Positions 13,901 to 26,125 of a stretch of 64,000 nt of DNA are shown piece by piece; within the stretch, counting starts at the first letter, position 1; the number at the start of each line of letters is the position of its first letter. The translations under genes were made by a program, and so were the position numbers. This stretch comes from Vicugna vicugna (lineage: Eukaryota). The notes beneath the pieces are model-generated. The model made no database searches, was not told the origin of the DNA, and saw only the letters and a program-made list of their open reading frames with translations. The stretch covers positions 2,076,301 through 2,140,300 of the forward strand of contig MU057801.1 in NCBI GenBank assembly GCA_013265495.1, read 5' to 3'.

Positions 13901-14260
13901 TGAGCGCTTGGCCCAAGTCTGCGGCTTGGAAGGCTCTTTTGAGACCTAGAGGGAAAGATGCAGAAAACAAACAGGAAGTGGAAATGCAGGATCCACTGGA
14001 GGCCACCCTCATGGAGACGGTTCACGGGGATCGAAGCCCACACTTCGCACAGAGGAGGCCTGGGCAGGGGCTTAAAAATGCGTTTGATACAAGCTTGGAG
14101 CTCAAGTGCAGAGAGACAGCACTGCCGCCAAGATTTCAGGGGCGACGGGGGGGTTTCCACAAGGCTTCAAGGAAGCGCAGAAACAGCCACCAGCCAGACT
14201 CAAAGGACACAAGGAGGACAGCCTAAAAGTGATCCCGAATGTGTGAAGCGTGAGGGACAG

Positions 14261-14612
14261 TGTGTTAGTCAAGATACAGGTCTGGTTGCTTTGAAAGAGA
14301 GCCAATGAGAGCAGCTTAGCTAAGACAGATTCTGATTCTCTTTCACCCGTCAGTCATCGTTGGGGGCGGCCCGGTGGAGCAGGGTGACGTCGGCCCCCGA
14401 ATGGCTCAGGACCCAGACAGCGTGCAGCCTGTCTGGAGACACCCCCGCCTCCCATCTCCGACTTCCAGGCCGGGAAGGGAAAGGAGAGGTGAGAGGTGCG
14501 GCTCCCTAGTGCACGCACCACCGAAGCTGCCCTCACTGCTGCTGCCCGCAGCCCACCGGCCACAGCTCAGTCACGTGGCCTCCTGCGGCACCAGCATCCA
14601 GGAGGGACGGGC
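14261..14612 (-). mobile_element. MaLR LTR (older MLT1 subfamily), reverse orientation
   Basis: Begins tgtgttagtcaagatacagg (MLT1 reverse start tgtattagtcagg); later ccggccacagctcagtcacgtggcctcc matches attggccagaactagtcacatggcccc. Confidence 0.6.
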
Positions 14613-15766
14613 TTGAGCTGAGAAAGCATGTGCTAGGACCAGGACGGAGATGTAAATGGAGAAAGACAACAAGCCGTCTGGGCACCCAGTCTCCTCCCGA
14701 CATCTTGCCCTCTGAGCCGCGAGGTGGCGCCTCCATGGCCTACAAGAGCTGCGCAGCACCGCCTGCCTCATCTTTGTCCCAGCCGGTGGGGTAGGGAGGA
14801 GCATGCTTGGGGCCAGCAGCTTCCTCTGAAGGATGCGACGTGGACGCTGCACGTGTTATTCCTGGTCGATTCTGTCTGCCAGGACATAGCCTCGTGGCCA
14901 CATCTGGAGGCACGAGAGTCTGGGGAGTGTCTGGGGTGCAGGGACCCTGGGCACACTGGGGATGCCAGGAGGGAGGAGAGAATGAATAGCGGGTGGTGAG
15001 TTGCATCTCAAATCCAAGGGGCTTCAAGTGTGACGGCTGAGAGCATGTTCAGTCTCCTCAAGACCCGAGCAAGTTACTCCCAGATCCTCGCAGACTAGTG
15101 GTCTTTGTTCATCGAGTGATGAACGTGGCGCCTGGCGTTCCAAGTTGGGATAGGGAAGCTTAGCTGTGAAAGGGCACTGCAGCCCCGGGACGGCTCCCCA
15201 GACTGCAGCTCACAAACATCCCGTGAGATGATTTTGGAAAACAGGTGTACAAGTTCCCCGCCCCCACCCCGGTCTCATGGGGTGTGCTGTCACTGGTCCC
15301 CCAGGTCCTGTGGGAGAGGAGTTACCCCCTTTCCAACGCCCCTGACCCCGAGCCCCTCCTCACCATGACCTTTCACACTTCCGTGCAGCCGCACTTCATG
15401 GGACACACTTTGAGAGGCACCTGCCAGCATGGTAGAAATGAGCAAAAAGAAGAAAGAAACAATACAGTTAAAAAACAAAATAAAGCAAGCCATAGACACG
15501 GTGCCCACACCACGTCCTGTTCTGAGGGACGGGAGGGGCTGTCTCTCTGGGGGACTGAGCACACCCCGGGACTCCCGGGATGAGAGAGGATTTGGCCGGA
15601 TTACGTCTAACAGAGGGATTCCAGACCACATCTCCTCTGCTCTCATCACCGGGTACAGAGGCGACCGAAGGCTCACGCTTTCCGTGAAGTTGGTGTCTTG
15701 AAAGCAAGGACTACGTCTGTCCTCCGTGCCAACCCCACATCTTCCCACCGTCCTGACGGACGTGCT

Positions 15767-15794
15767 GTGAGTGAGCGAGTGAGTGAGCGGGTGA
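15767..15794. repeat. Short imperfect (GAGT)n microsatellite
   Basis: gtgagtgagcgagtgagtgagcgggtga. Confidence 0.7.
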
Positions 15795-16929
15795 ATGGAG
15801 AGGATTCCGAGAGCAGACCCAGCCCTGGCAGGGACGTGGCGTAGGACTGCCCCCTGCGGGGACACTGCTGAGATCAGAAATGCCCACTGCTGTGGTCACT
15901 TAGCCAGAGGGCGGCAGGAAAGGGTGGGGCCTCCCACTCTCCCAGTGCCCCGCTTTCGCTCCACACGCAGCTTCCCGCATAGCCGTGGAGTCTGGGGGCT
16001 TCTTCGACAGGAAGGGGTAAACGTTCATCTTGAAACAGTGCAAAAGCCAAACCTTTTCTCCATTGCTGTTTGGGGCTGAATTCACCTCCGATGAGAAAGC
16101 CACAAATTGTCACTGGAAAATGCTCATTAGAATGTGATGGGGAAAGCAAGATTGGAGTCTGGGGGATGGGACGGGGTGCAGACCATTTCAAGCATTTGTG
16201 CAGATACGGACATGAGAAGTCTGGAGGGAGATACGCCCGCGGCCAACAGTTTTTAGCACCGGGAGCAGGGCTGCGAGAGGCTCCTTATCCTCACTGCCCC
16301 GCCCTCAGTGAGCAGCCCGGCCCAGGGCCCCGGGGACACCTTCGTCCCTGCCTGGCTGTCACCCTCCGCGGGCTGCTGCAGGCAGGCGGCTCTCTGCTGC
16401 TGCCCAGGGGGCCCTGCTGGCCCCGCTCCTGGATGGCGGTCCCCGAGTCAGTCCCAGCGTCTGAGCTGAGACCTGCAGTCCCCCATCGCCAGCCCCTCAA
16501 CGCCATGGAGGGCTCCCAGCCGTCTCCTGCCCTCCCACCCGGAGTGACAGACAGGACACGATTCCAGAAAGCGCCACGCAGGCCTGGTCTTGTGAGTCTG
16601 TCCCTCGCCCGAGAGCTTAGCTTGACCACAGAGAAACCGCTCCCTGGGGGACGGCAGGCACGTGTCTGCCGCACGTGGGCTCCAGGGGTGTCCCCTGTGG
16701 CGCGGAGACGAGAGGTCGCCCGAGGCTGCTGCAACATTCCCGCTCTTAGAAAGGGCCTTGGCCTTTGGCTGTGCGTCCGGCAGGGAGTTCTAGCAGGAAC
16801 GTTCCTCCCAGGAGTGTGTTAACTAAACAAACGAGGCCGTAGTGGGACGGTTGCCATCGCTTTACGTTTCAGTGTAGAGGAAGGAGGGCCTGCCAAGAAC
16901 CAAGGGGGCCCGTGTGTGTGGTGCCTGTG

Positions 16930-17017
16930 TTCACACCCTCACGCGCTCACAGACACACACTCACAGACACACTCTCATGCACTCACACGCAGTCACACAG
17001 ATACTCACACACTCACA
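16930..17017. repeat. CA-rich low-complexity tract
   Basis: cacaccctcacgcgctcacagacacacactcacagacacactc... directly visible. Confidence 0.8.
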
Positions 17018-18465
17018 TGACAAAGAATGCTCAGGGTTTGGGTATTTCCCTCCTATGAGGCTCCAAGTGCATTTAAAAGTGAACGAAAGCCAGAGCAAGG
17101 CCGTAAAAGCTGTGCCGTATTTTGAATGTTTACTTTGAACAACACTCTAAACGCACATGAGTTTTTTGTGGTGACTCTGAGTAGCTTAACGGGGAGATCA
17201 CGTACAACCCGCGGCCCACATGGCCTGCAGCCCCCGACCCCACACAGCCTCCCCCGGGACAACCCCCTCCCTGGGAGAGGCCCGCGTGCCCGCGTGAGTG
17301 TCCAGCCGCTGAGGCCCACAGGCGGGAAGGGGATGGGAGAATTCGGAGACGTTCCAGGCCCGGCATGTGTGCGGGCACTTCTCCCCCCGGACTGACCCTC
17401 GTCTGTGTGGAGGAAAGGAGCAGAGGAGACGGGTGATACAGACGATGTGGGCTCGACCCTACTGACCGCTCGAGGCTGGAATCGCCCCTCGGCCTGGGCG
17501 CAGCCATCTGCTCACCCTCCTACTATCCCGAGCCAGCAGCCTGCTGGGTACAGATGCCCTGGACCCTGTGCACGGAGATGCTGCCCGAATCCCTGGGCCT
17601 GAGGTTCCACTAGGCTGTCAGAGTCACAGGCCACCACGGCAGCTCAGTGCTCCTGGCCCAGCCTGGCCAGGTCACCTGGTGGCCACCCACCCACGTCCTG
17701 TTCATGCAGCTGCTCCGAAGGCTGCCTGTGGGACACCCCAACTGGGGGGCGGGCATCCCGGTGCACGCGGGCAGAGAGGAGGGACACTGCGTGCGGCGGG
17801 AGTTTTCTGACACCAGGGCCATGTGTTCTGAGAGGACGGGCCTGCAAGTCTGGGGCCAGGAGGACTGCCGGGTGATCTGGGGGCGGCAGACTGACCACAG
17901 GCCCAGCCGCTCACTGCAGAGGAAGGGCAGTGACGGGGTAGGAGGGATGGTGGCGATGCACGTGAGAAAACGAAATCCACAGGGACCAACGAGTGTGTCC
18001 CCAAAGCCGTACCGAGGCAGGGCCACCAGACGCCCTACAGAGACTTTCTTTCCCCTCCTGCTGGTGGCCACCTGCCAGCTACGGCCCCGCAGGCTCTTCC
18101 TTCCATTGATCAGCCGGAAGGCTGCCCGATCGCATCCTCACCTCCCGCGCCCTCCCGTGGACTGCGTACCACGTTGCTGGGGGAGGCTCTCAGGAGGAAC
18201 AGGCCCCCGGCCCAGCAGGCCCCCCAGGACCAGGGGCCCCTGTGGTGGTGGCGAGATGCCAGTGGGAGAGCGAGGATGAGGAGACCAGCGCGGAGGTGGC
18301 AGGAAGGTTGCAGGACGTGGAGACCAGCCCTGACGGTGAGACAGGAGGCGCCGCCGTGTAAACTGCTCTATTGGTGATGCGAGCGTTCGGGTCCTTCCAG
18401 AAAGACATGAAGATGGAACTAAAAGTGGGAGTCGGGTAAAAAGTGACGGTCTAGACACTGAAGCA

Positions 18466-18682
18466 TTTTTTTAAAATGTTGACATTGTTTCAGACCTGCA
18501 GAGAAGTTACGGCAAAAACACAGAATTGCCGACATCTTTCACCCAGAGACCCAGGTGGGAACTCTGCGTCTCTCTCTCCTTCACTCCCTTTACCCCTAAA
18601 TACTTTCATGCGTCCCCTAAAAGCAAGAACATTCTCTCACAAAACTTCAAAAATGATCAAAATCAGTAAATTAAGACCTAAG
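18466..18682 (-). mobile_element. L1MC-like 3' fragment, part 1 (interrupted by MER44)
   Basis: tttcagacctgcagagaagttacggcaaaaacacagaattgcc...cacccag and ctttacccctaaatactttc...aacattctc...atcaaaatcagtaaattaa match the recalled reverse L1MC 3' end. Confidence 0.8.
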
Positions 18683-19460
18683 CAGTTGTGCCCCTTTATC
18701 CATGGTTTCACTTACCCGAGGTCAACCGCAGTCTGAAAACATTAAATAGAAAATTCCAGAAGTGAACAACTGGAAGCTGTAAATTGCACACGGCTGTGAG
18801 CGGCGCGATGAACTCTCGAGCCGCCCCGCCCGGGGTGTGAACCACCCTTTGTCCAGCGCGTCCTCGCTGTTGGTCCCTTAGTCGCCGCTCAATGACCGGA
18901 TAGACGCGCCTCCACGCTTGTGTCCGAGGGACCCTTGGTTTTCTTAGTTCTGGTCCCGAAGCGCAGGAGCGGGGATGCGGGCGACTCGGATACGCCGCAG
19001 AGAAGCCACGAAGTGCTTCCTCTAAGTGAAGAGGCGAAAGTTCTCAACTTAACAAGGAAAGAGAAAAAAGTCACGTGCCGCAGTGGCTGAGCTCTGCGGT
19101 GAGAGCAAAGCTCTCTGTGAAAACGTGGAGGAGGGAAAGGAAACCCGCGCTCGCTTTGCTGGCGCACCTCAAACTAAGTTTTGGGTTCACACAGACAAGG
19201 CATTAAATTTGTACAGGGAGATACTGTGAGAGAGAGAGGGGTGGCCCTCAGTAACTTCCATCACAATACATGGCTGTGGCCGTCTTACTTACTGTTAGTC
19301 ACTGTTCATCTCTTACTGTGCTTAATTTATAAACTAAACTTTCTCGTCGGCGTGTGTGTTTAGGGAAGACAGCGTACACATAGCGTTCGGAGCTAGCTGC
19401 GGTTTCAGGCATCCACGCGGGGTCCTGGCACGTCCCCCTCCGATAGAAGAGCCGACGACA
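18683..19460 (+). mobile_element. MER44-type internally deleted Tigger7 DNA transposon (Tc1/mariner-pogo)
   Basis: Left end cagttgtgcccctttatccatggtt and right end ggtttcaggcatccacgcggggtcctggcacgtccccctccgatag. Internal 18950-19070 translates as LVPKRRSGDAGDSDTPQRSHEVLPLSEEAKVLNLTRKEKK, matching the Tigger7 transposase N-terminus (recalled as MAPKRKSSDAGNSDMPKRSRKVLPLSEKVKVLDLIRKEKK). Confidence 0.9.
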
Positions 19461-19650
19461 CAAACCTATTATCTGATCTGCTGTCCTTTTTCAGATTTCA
19501 CCAATCGTCCCAACAGTGTCCCAGGGCAGCAGGAGCTCGCCTTGGCCCCGGTGGCCCCAGAAACCTCTCCACCTTCGTCTACACCCCACGGCCTGGACAT
19601 TCCACACGACTGACATCCGTTTCACAGCACGGCCCTCGGTCAGGGCAGGC
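19461..19650 (-). mobile_element. L1MC-like 3' fragment, part 2
   Basis: ctattatctgatctgctgtcctttttcagatttcaccaatcgtcccaacagtgtcc continues the L1MC sequence from where part 1 stops. Confidence 0.75.
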
Positions 19651-22600
19651 TGTTTTTAAACTTGCGTCATAGGCAAATCCTGGCTCCCTCGGCCTGAAGA
19701 AGCTGTCCTGCTTGGCCTGCGTCTTATCTGAATCTCAAGACGCTAGTTCTGTTTTGACAGAGGCACAGGAACAGTCCCCTTGGCAGCCCCTCGGTCCTGC
19801 TAGTTCAACCTCCTTGAAGCGGAGCGGCCTCCCCACCCCCGCCCTTCTCAGCAAACTGCTTTCTTTTTCTCTCCTCTGCCCCTTGGTAAGGCTGATTCAG
19901 TCGCCATCAAGAGCAATCCCAGAGCCCAGCGTCGGCCCCGCAACAGGGACCATTCTGAACGATTATTAAGGGTGGATTTCTCCACGTGGGAAAAATCAGG
20001 CCTCCAGCACCACAGCCTGGCAGCCCCCGGGGACCCCAGCTCTGGAAGCGGGGCTCGGGGGTGGGCAGAGCCCTCGGAGCCAGCCACTGAAACAGCAGGG
20101 CTTCGCAGCAGCCCAGGGACTCCGCGCAGATCTGGTCTGCACTGCCTCCCAAGGGCTGGGGAGGAGGGAAGTGGGAAAAATATGAGCGTGAGTCACAGCC
20201 ATTCTTGCACAAGCCTCGGCTCTGGGGTCAGCCGGACCCCGAGTGCGAGCCCACCAGCTCTGGGGCCCCTGTGACCTCTGCCCGTCGCCTCTCACCTCAA
20301 ATCCACACGGCACAACTCAAGTCCACGGTGTGTCGGACACACCCCCGCTTCCCCATCCTTGATGCCAGGCTGGGCGGCCTGGAGAGCCGTGAGGCAAAGC
20401 GAGAAAAACAGAAAACTCAGGGTGACCGCTACAGTCAGCAGACGCAGAGGCCCATCAGGACGCAGGGCACAGAGCACCCTGGTGCCGGCCAGCTGACCAA
20501 GGGCGGCCCCTTCTGGGAAACAGCTCCCTTCAAGGAGCTGATAGAGACCACTCTCCCTCCACGTTTGCTCCAGCGCTCACTCCCCGGGGGTCTGTCATTC
20601 TCGGCACGCGCCTTGACAATAGCGCATCCCCACACCATCATATTTGCGCTAACTTTGGCTCCTGGGCTGAGAGCCTTTCTTCCCCTGGACCTGCTCTGGG
20701 ACCCAGCACAAGGCCAGCAAATTAGTCCTCAGCACAGCACGGTCCAGAGAGGCTCCCGGAGGGGCGGGGCCCACCAGCGCGACCGGAGTTCAACATGCTA
20801 GCAGGTGTGAGTTCTGAGGAAGCGCAGGGGGGTGTGAAGGTGTTTGGGTGGGAGTCTGCCCCGGGGGTAGCCGGTTTCTGCCCATGGCCATCGTGTTTGC
20901 ACGCACGTGGACGGCTTCCTACTGCAGGACCTCCTACCTGCCGGCTTCCTCTGGCGGCAGGTGGGCTGAGCCCCCGTGAGAGGGGCAGGCCGGAGGGCCC
21001 CGGGACAGTCGTCAATTCATTCTGGGTGGGAATCATGGTTAAACACCCAGGTTCCCTGCCCCCTGAGTGGGACAACTCCAGCTCGTTTTGAACCCTTCCC
21101 CACTCAGGCCCCCAGCGGGATTAAGGTCAGATCGCCCAGAACGGAAACTCGCTGGCCCCCCACCCTCTACTGCCTTCCCTGCCTCATGTCCCTGTGAAGG
21201 AAAAGCCCAGCTGGGCTAACGAGCTAAGTCACAAATCTAAATTAATAAGTGTCGGTTTGCTGATTCCCTGTTCGTGCTTTGCTAGCCAGCTGGATTTTCA
21301 AAGACACATATCTGGCCTTGAAATGTCGGTTTGCTGCCTCACTGCCTCTACTTTTGTGATAATGATGTTGCTAAAGCTATTGTGTGCCTATTGGCCGAAT
21401 ACCCCAAGCTTGTACTTAACCTTATAGGGTTAAAACCTCACGTGCACGTCTTGGAGGTGCTCAGGGCTTAGGAGCAGAAGCCCCTCTGAGCCCGCCGGCG
21501 TAATACATCTGAGCGCTCCAGCCCTCCGAGTGGTGCTTGTTTCTTGGCTGGCCTGTCATTTCCGTAACATCCCCACCCCCGTCTCCTGCTTTCTGACTGA
21601 CTCCCAAATAAATGGGATTTTTGTTTTCGCAAGAACACCTGTGTAAGCTGCTCGCACTTGGGGGCTTCACAGGGGAAAGTGTTCAGAACGAACCGATGTG
21701 GAATCCAGAGCTTCGTCCCAGGGCCTGCCCCCCAGAGCACCCCGTAAACGCCGGGGGCTGTCTGAATGGTGGCTCTGCTTGGGGTGGACAGGAGGGACCA
21801 GGGTCTCACCGTCCCCATTTTTGTGGGTCACACTCCGGCCCTGTCCACGCAGGCAGAACCAGGGTTGAGGGTCCGCTCCTGGCTCCCATCTGCTGTGGCA
21901 TCAGGACTTCCCTGCTCTGCGAGTTGAATGTAGGTCCTCAGACAGTGGGCAATGGCGCCGGGGTGATCTAGCCTTGAGAAAGGAACAGCGTCTTCCAGCA
22001 GGAAGGTCTTACTGGACAGATGGTGGCCAGCTGTTCCTATCTCGGAGGCGGGGTGGACACGGGACTAGGTTCACACAGAGACTGTTGAGGTGGGGAGCTG
22101 TGCCGGAGGGGGGCCCCGGGGGCCTGCGGTGGCTCCCCCGAGAGATGTGAGCTGAGTAACACGGCCCTTACTGTCTGGTTCTAGCCTTTGTTAATAGGCT
22201 CTTCCCCAAAGTAGACCTTGGACTTTTATGGACGCTGGGTGCTGTGTGTTGGGAAATACTTATTAAACAGAGGATTTTAGGGTGTATACGTGTGTGTTCA
22301 ATTAGAAACTTACAAGGTTGTGAACGTGCGTGATGCGCTAAGTGAAGAATCCAGGGCTTCCTGCTCTTCTCTCTCTGAATCGCACCTCATATCCAGGCCC
22401 AGGGACCCCCTTCACACTCACGACCTCTGTGATGAGTCCCTCTGTCCTCCTTAAGACTTGTAAAGACAGCCAGAGTCCGCCCCGCCTGTGCGGACGCCGG
22501 GCTCCCACGCAGGGGGATAAATGCTCACAGCTGCTAGTGCTTATTAACAACTTCCGCTTCACAACAGCCTCTGGGAGACAGCGGGCCACGGCTGTAACCA

Positions 22601-23385
22601 GAGCACCCTGGCAACGTGCGAATCGCATCTGCTTTCAAGCTTAACGCTGCGCACCACAAGCAAGTGCCACTTCGGGTTGGACGTTAGACACACTGATCTC
22701 TGAGCTGTCACTAAACGCCTGACCCGGGGGAGTAATGCCTGTCCTGTCACATTATGAGAAACAAATGAGATCACGAACTTTAAACCCTCTGTCTGGTAAG
22801 CAGGAGGGGCGTTCTTAATTTTACCCTAATGGACGATGTTAAAATGAGATGCCTTTTATAAAATCAAGTTGATCCCAGAGAACACGCAGGACTACAGGGA
22901 CTGGCACGTTTGGACATGATGTCTGGCCAGCTCTCCCTGCTCTGCCTGCTGCAGTCACAGCTGCGCTTGACTGCGAGCAGACCGGTGCTGTCTGTTTCAT
23001 TTTTTCATTACAGTTTATCAACAGTTTTTCTCCACTGGAGACATGGAGCCACTGTCATGTTAATTTTCAACAAAATAAAAAGAAAATAAAGAAAAGCTAA
23101 AGAATAGGCTTTTTTTTAACCAAAAAACCACAAAAGTATAAACTGGTGTTAAAAGGAAAGAGTGAGAAAACAAAAGGGACGTTTGAGTGAAGTTTCAGTG
23201 AGTGCTGGGAAGACTTTAAAGTGAGCAAGTGACAAGGCGGGAGGCGGAGCCAGCGGGGGCAGGGAAGGGGCGTCGGGTTTGCTGGGAAGACGAGAAGTCC
23301 GCAATTTTAAAGGATCGAAATATAATTTTTTTTTAATTTTTAAAAGTTTTTAAAAAGTTTTGTTTTGGCAGATTTTCTGTAATTC

Positions 23386-23488
23386 TTTTTTTTAAATTTT
23401 TTTTGATTGAAGTATAGTCAGTTACAATGTGTCAGTTTCTGGGGCACAGCACCATGTCCCGGCCATGCACGTATATACACATGTTCCC
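23386..23488 (-). mobile_element. Cetartiodactyl-type L1 3' end with poly(T) tail
   Basis: ttttttgattgaagtatagtcagttacaatgtgtcagtttctggggcacagc; homologous to three other copies in this window. Confidence 0.85.
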
Positions 23489-24269
23489 GAAACGTCACTT
23501 TATAGTTTACATCTTAAAACCACTTGCTCCGTTCGATCACACGAATTCTCCCTTGTTGAACTTAGTGCTATTTTTCCCTCTAATGAGGACATTTTTCTTT
23601 TTTTCTCTCTCTCTTTTTTTTAACAGTATCCAAGAATTCAAAGAAAACCTATGGTTTAAACTTTAAAAAGTCTCTCCTCAAACCTGCGACAAAGGAAACT
23701 GACAAGGAAATTTCCCACAACCCTACGACTGCGCGTGGGTATCTTAGAAAGGCTCCCTGTGCCGTGTCTCGTCCCAGCGATGGGGATTTGGAAGCAACCT
23801 GCAGCAGGAGGAGAACTCAGACAAACCTGCCGAGCCACCACGTGTCTTTTCCAAGCCTCACATTTTGCAAGCATGTATCCCACAGAATCGCCACAAGCAG
23901 GCGACCCAATCTCCTTGAAAACAAAACTAGCACAAGTGCCAACAAATACTTCGCAAACTGCGTTCACATACGACTCGCCTCGGGCTCCTTGTTTGCCGGC
24001 GTCTGTTAGCACAGGGAAGCCAGCGCCAGTCTCATCCTGCAGGCAGCCTGGAGCCGGGCGTCGTGGTGAGAGCCCCCCCCCGAGTCCGGCCGTCCCGGGC
24101 AGCTTCAGAGAAGAGCCGGCCGTCTTCCCCCGTGTGCCGAGCCCTCCCCGCGTCCTCGGCCCACCGTCTCCGGCTTTAGCGCGCATAAGCCTGAGGCTGT
24201 TCTCCAGCACCCAGTGCCAGAGAGCTATCATCAGTTTGGAAAGAAAGAACGCACGTGGACCTGCAACTT

Positions 24270-24663
24270 TGTTACCGAGTCCAAACTCTCCTCGCGGCAC
24301 GACAGGCCAATAAATCGGGAGACGAGGCGTTGGGACAAGGAATGACGATTTTATTTGGAAAGCCGGCAGACAGGGAAGATGAGGGGCTAATGTCCTGGAG
24401 AACCGTCTTCCCCAAATCAGAATTCAGGCTCCTTTTCTACTAAAAGGTGTAACTGGTTGTTCCAAACTTCTTGATGTCGGAATCCGTTGTTCTTGCAGCC
24501 GTCCACGTGGGTCAGGCCACGTGGGTGTCCCCGTCAACCTCCAACAAGACAAACGTCGTTTCTACTCTGCAACTCGTCTTTGTATGAGTGGAAATGTGTT
24601 CATATCCTGAAAGGTGGGAGCCCCGGGACAGGCTCTCCTGTGAACCTCAGGCTCCTGGCAACA
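24270..24663 (-). mobile_element. ERV1-like solo LTR, reverse orientation
   Basis: TGTT...AACA termini; minus-strand AATAAA at 24350-24355; ccaataaatcgggagacgaggcgttgggacaagg...gaaagccggcagac resembles ungulate ERV1 LTRs. No clear target-site duplication, so the boundaries are approximate. Confidence 0.7.
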
Positions 24664-25140
24664 CTGTTTTACCAAAGGTGCAGCGACTGAGCCCAGGAAA
24701 CAGCACACAGGGTTAGAGCCAAAGACCAGCTCTGCAGTGCAGTCAGATTTGTTCTCCTCTATCCAACTTGTCTTCCCTACAACATAAAACTGCACTTCTT
24801 GATCACTGCAGACCCTCGGAGTTCAAGGAACTAGCAACGAAAACTATCCTTTTCTTTTACTCGTCTTTGTATGAGTGGAAATGTGTTCATATCCTGAAAG
24901 GTGGGAGCCCCGGGACAGGCTCTCCTGTGAACCTCAGGCTCCCAGCAACACTGTTTTACCAAAGGTGCAGCGACTGAGCCCAGGAAACGGCACACAGGGT
25001 TAGAGCCAAAGACCAGATCTGCAGTGCAGTCAGATTTGTTCTCCTCTATCCAACTTGTCTTCCCTACAACATAAAACTGCACTTCTTGATCACTGCAGAC
25101 CCTCGGAGTTCAAGGAACTAGCAACGAAAACTATCCTTTT
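24572..25140. repeat. Tandem duplication, period 287 bp (24572-24853 and 24859-25140)
   Basis: Direct comparison: two 282-bp copies with 4 substitutions seen, separated by CTTTT. Confidence 0.95.
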
Positions 25141-26026
25141 ACGAGTTTGAAGACCAGGAGGAAGCAGCTCAAAACTCTCCCTGACCGAGCGATTCGCATC
25201 TCCATCGGTGGGATTCTTAAGGTCCCCACGCAGCTGCTTCCCGTGTGGACGAAAGTTGGCGTGTATGTTGACTTGGCCGGCCCTGGGCGCTGCGCTCTGA
25301 GAGGGGGCAGGACTTCGTTTAAACTCCACACTGCCCCTCACCCCCGAGAATGTAGGCTGGGGCGGTTCTTCCTGCCTCTCCGTCCAGGACGGGGAGTTCC
25401 TCTCTGCAGCTCTGTGGGGCTTGCCTCTGAGAAGCCACACGCACGCTAACCCGCAAGCAGGGGACACGCCACCAACGGGGCGTTAATTTCTCTGAGAACG
25501 CTCACCTAAAGTACCGGGTCTCCCAATAGGAATCACCTTTAAACATCAAGTAAGCAATTCACTGACGTTGGAAGCCGCGCCCAGAAGGGCCAGCCCTCTG
25601 CTTTCAGTGGACAGTCCCCAGGGCCGGCGTGGGAGCCCTCACATCACCCGGTTCCCAGAAGGATGATGTCTTGCTTCCATGGCAGCATGACTGCCCGTTT
25701 CCAGACCTTCGTGACGTGACGGGGAGTGGCTTTTCTAAAGTAAACCCCAGAGCGTTGTCTATTCACCATGCCACCAGTGGACCTTCAGAAGGACTTCTGG
25801 ACAAAGAGCCACGTCTTGTTAGGAGTTACCCAGAAATGGACAACATCACCTTCTTAATACGAGACGTGGTTGCTTTTATGACGGTACCTTTCGCTGAAAT
25901 TCTTCCCCGTCCACGTCGGCGTTCACAGTGAGCGGAGGGGGCTGTCCACCTGCACCACGGCTCCTGGTGGAGCTGAGGCCGCTGCACCTCTGGCTCAGTA
26001 TCTCTCAGATGCAAACAGAAAGGGCT

Positions 26027-26125
26027 GCACGCGCACACACGGGCTCACACGCACACAGGCTCACACGCACATGGGCTCACACGCACACGGGCACACGCAC
26101 ACGGCTCACACGCACACGGGCACAC
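26027..26125. repeat. Minisatellite, ~16-bp unit (cacacgcacacgggct), ~6 copies
   Basis: Repeating ggctcacacgcacac units directly visible. Confidence 0.9.

Noticed and set aside
13045-14160. Longest ORF (371 aa, minus strand)
   Set aside because: Low-complexity P/G/R/A/S composition, no recognisable domain, and overlapped by many ORFs in other frames; expected by chance in a CpG-rich island.
15107-15124. GTTCATC-gagt-GATGAAC hairpin
   Set aside because: 7-bp arms are expected several times by chance in 64 kb.
18950-19170. Tigger7 transposase as a functional or domesticated gene
   Set aside because: Start codon lost (CTG), frameshift after ~40 codons, and the catalytic region is deleted.
24572-25140. 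CRISPR-like or paralogous small-protein pair (duplicated ORFs in the track)
   Set aside because: It is a simple two-copy tandem duplication with no spacers; the ORFs are by-products.
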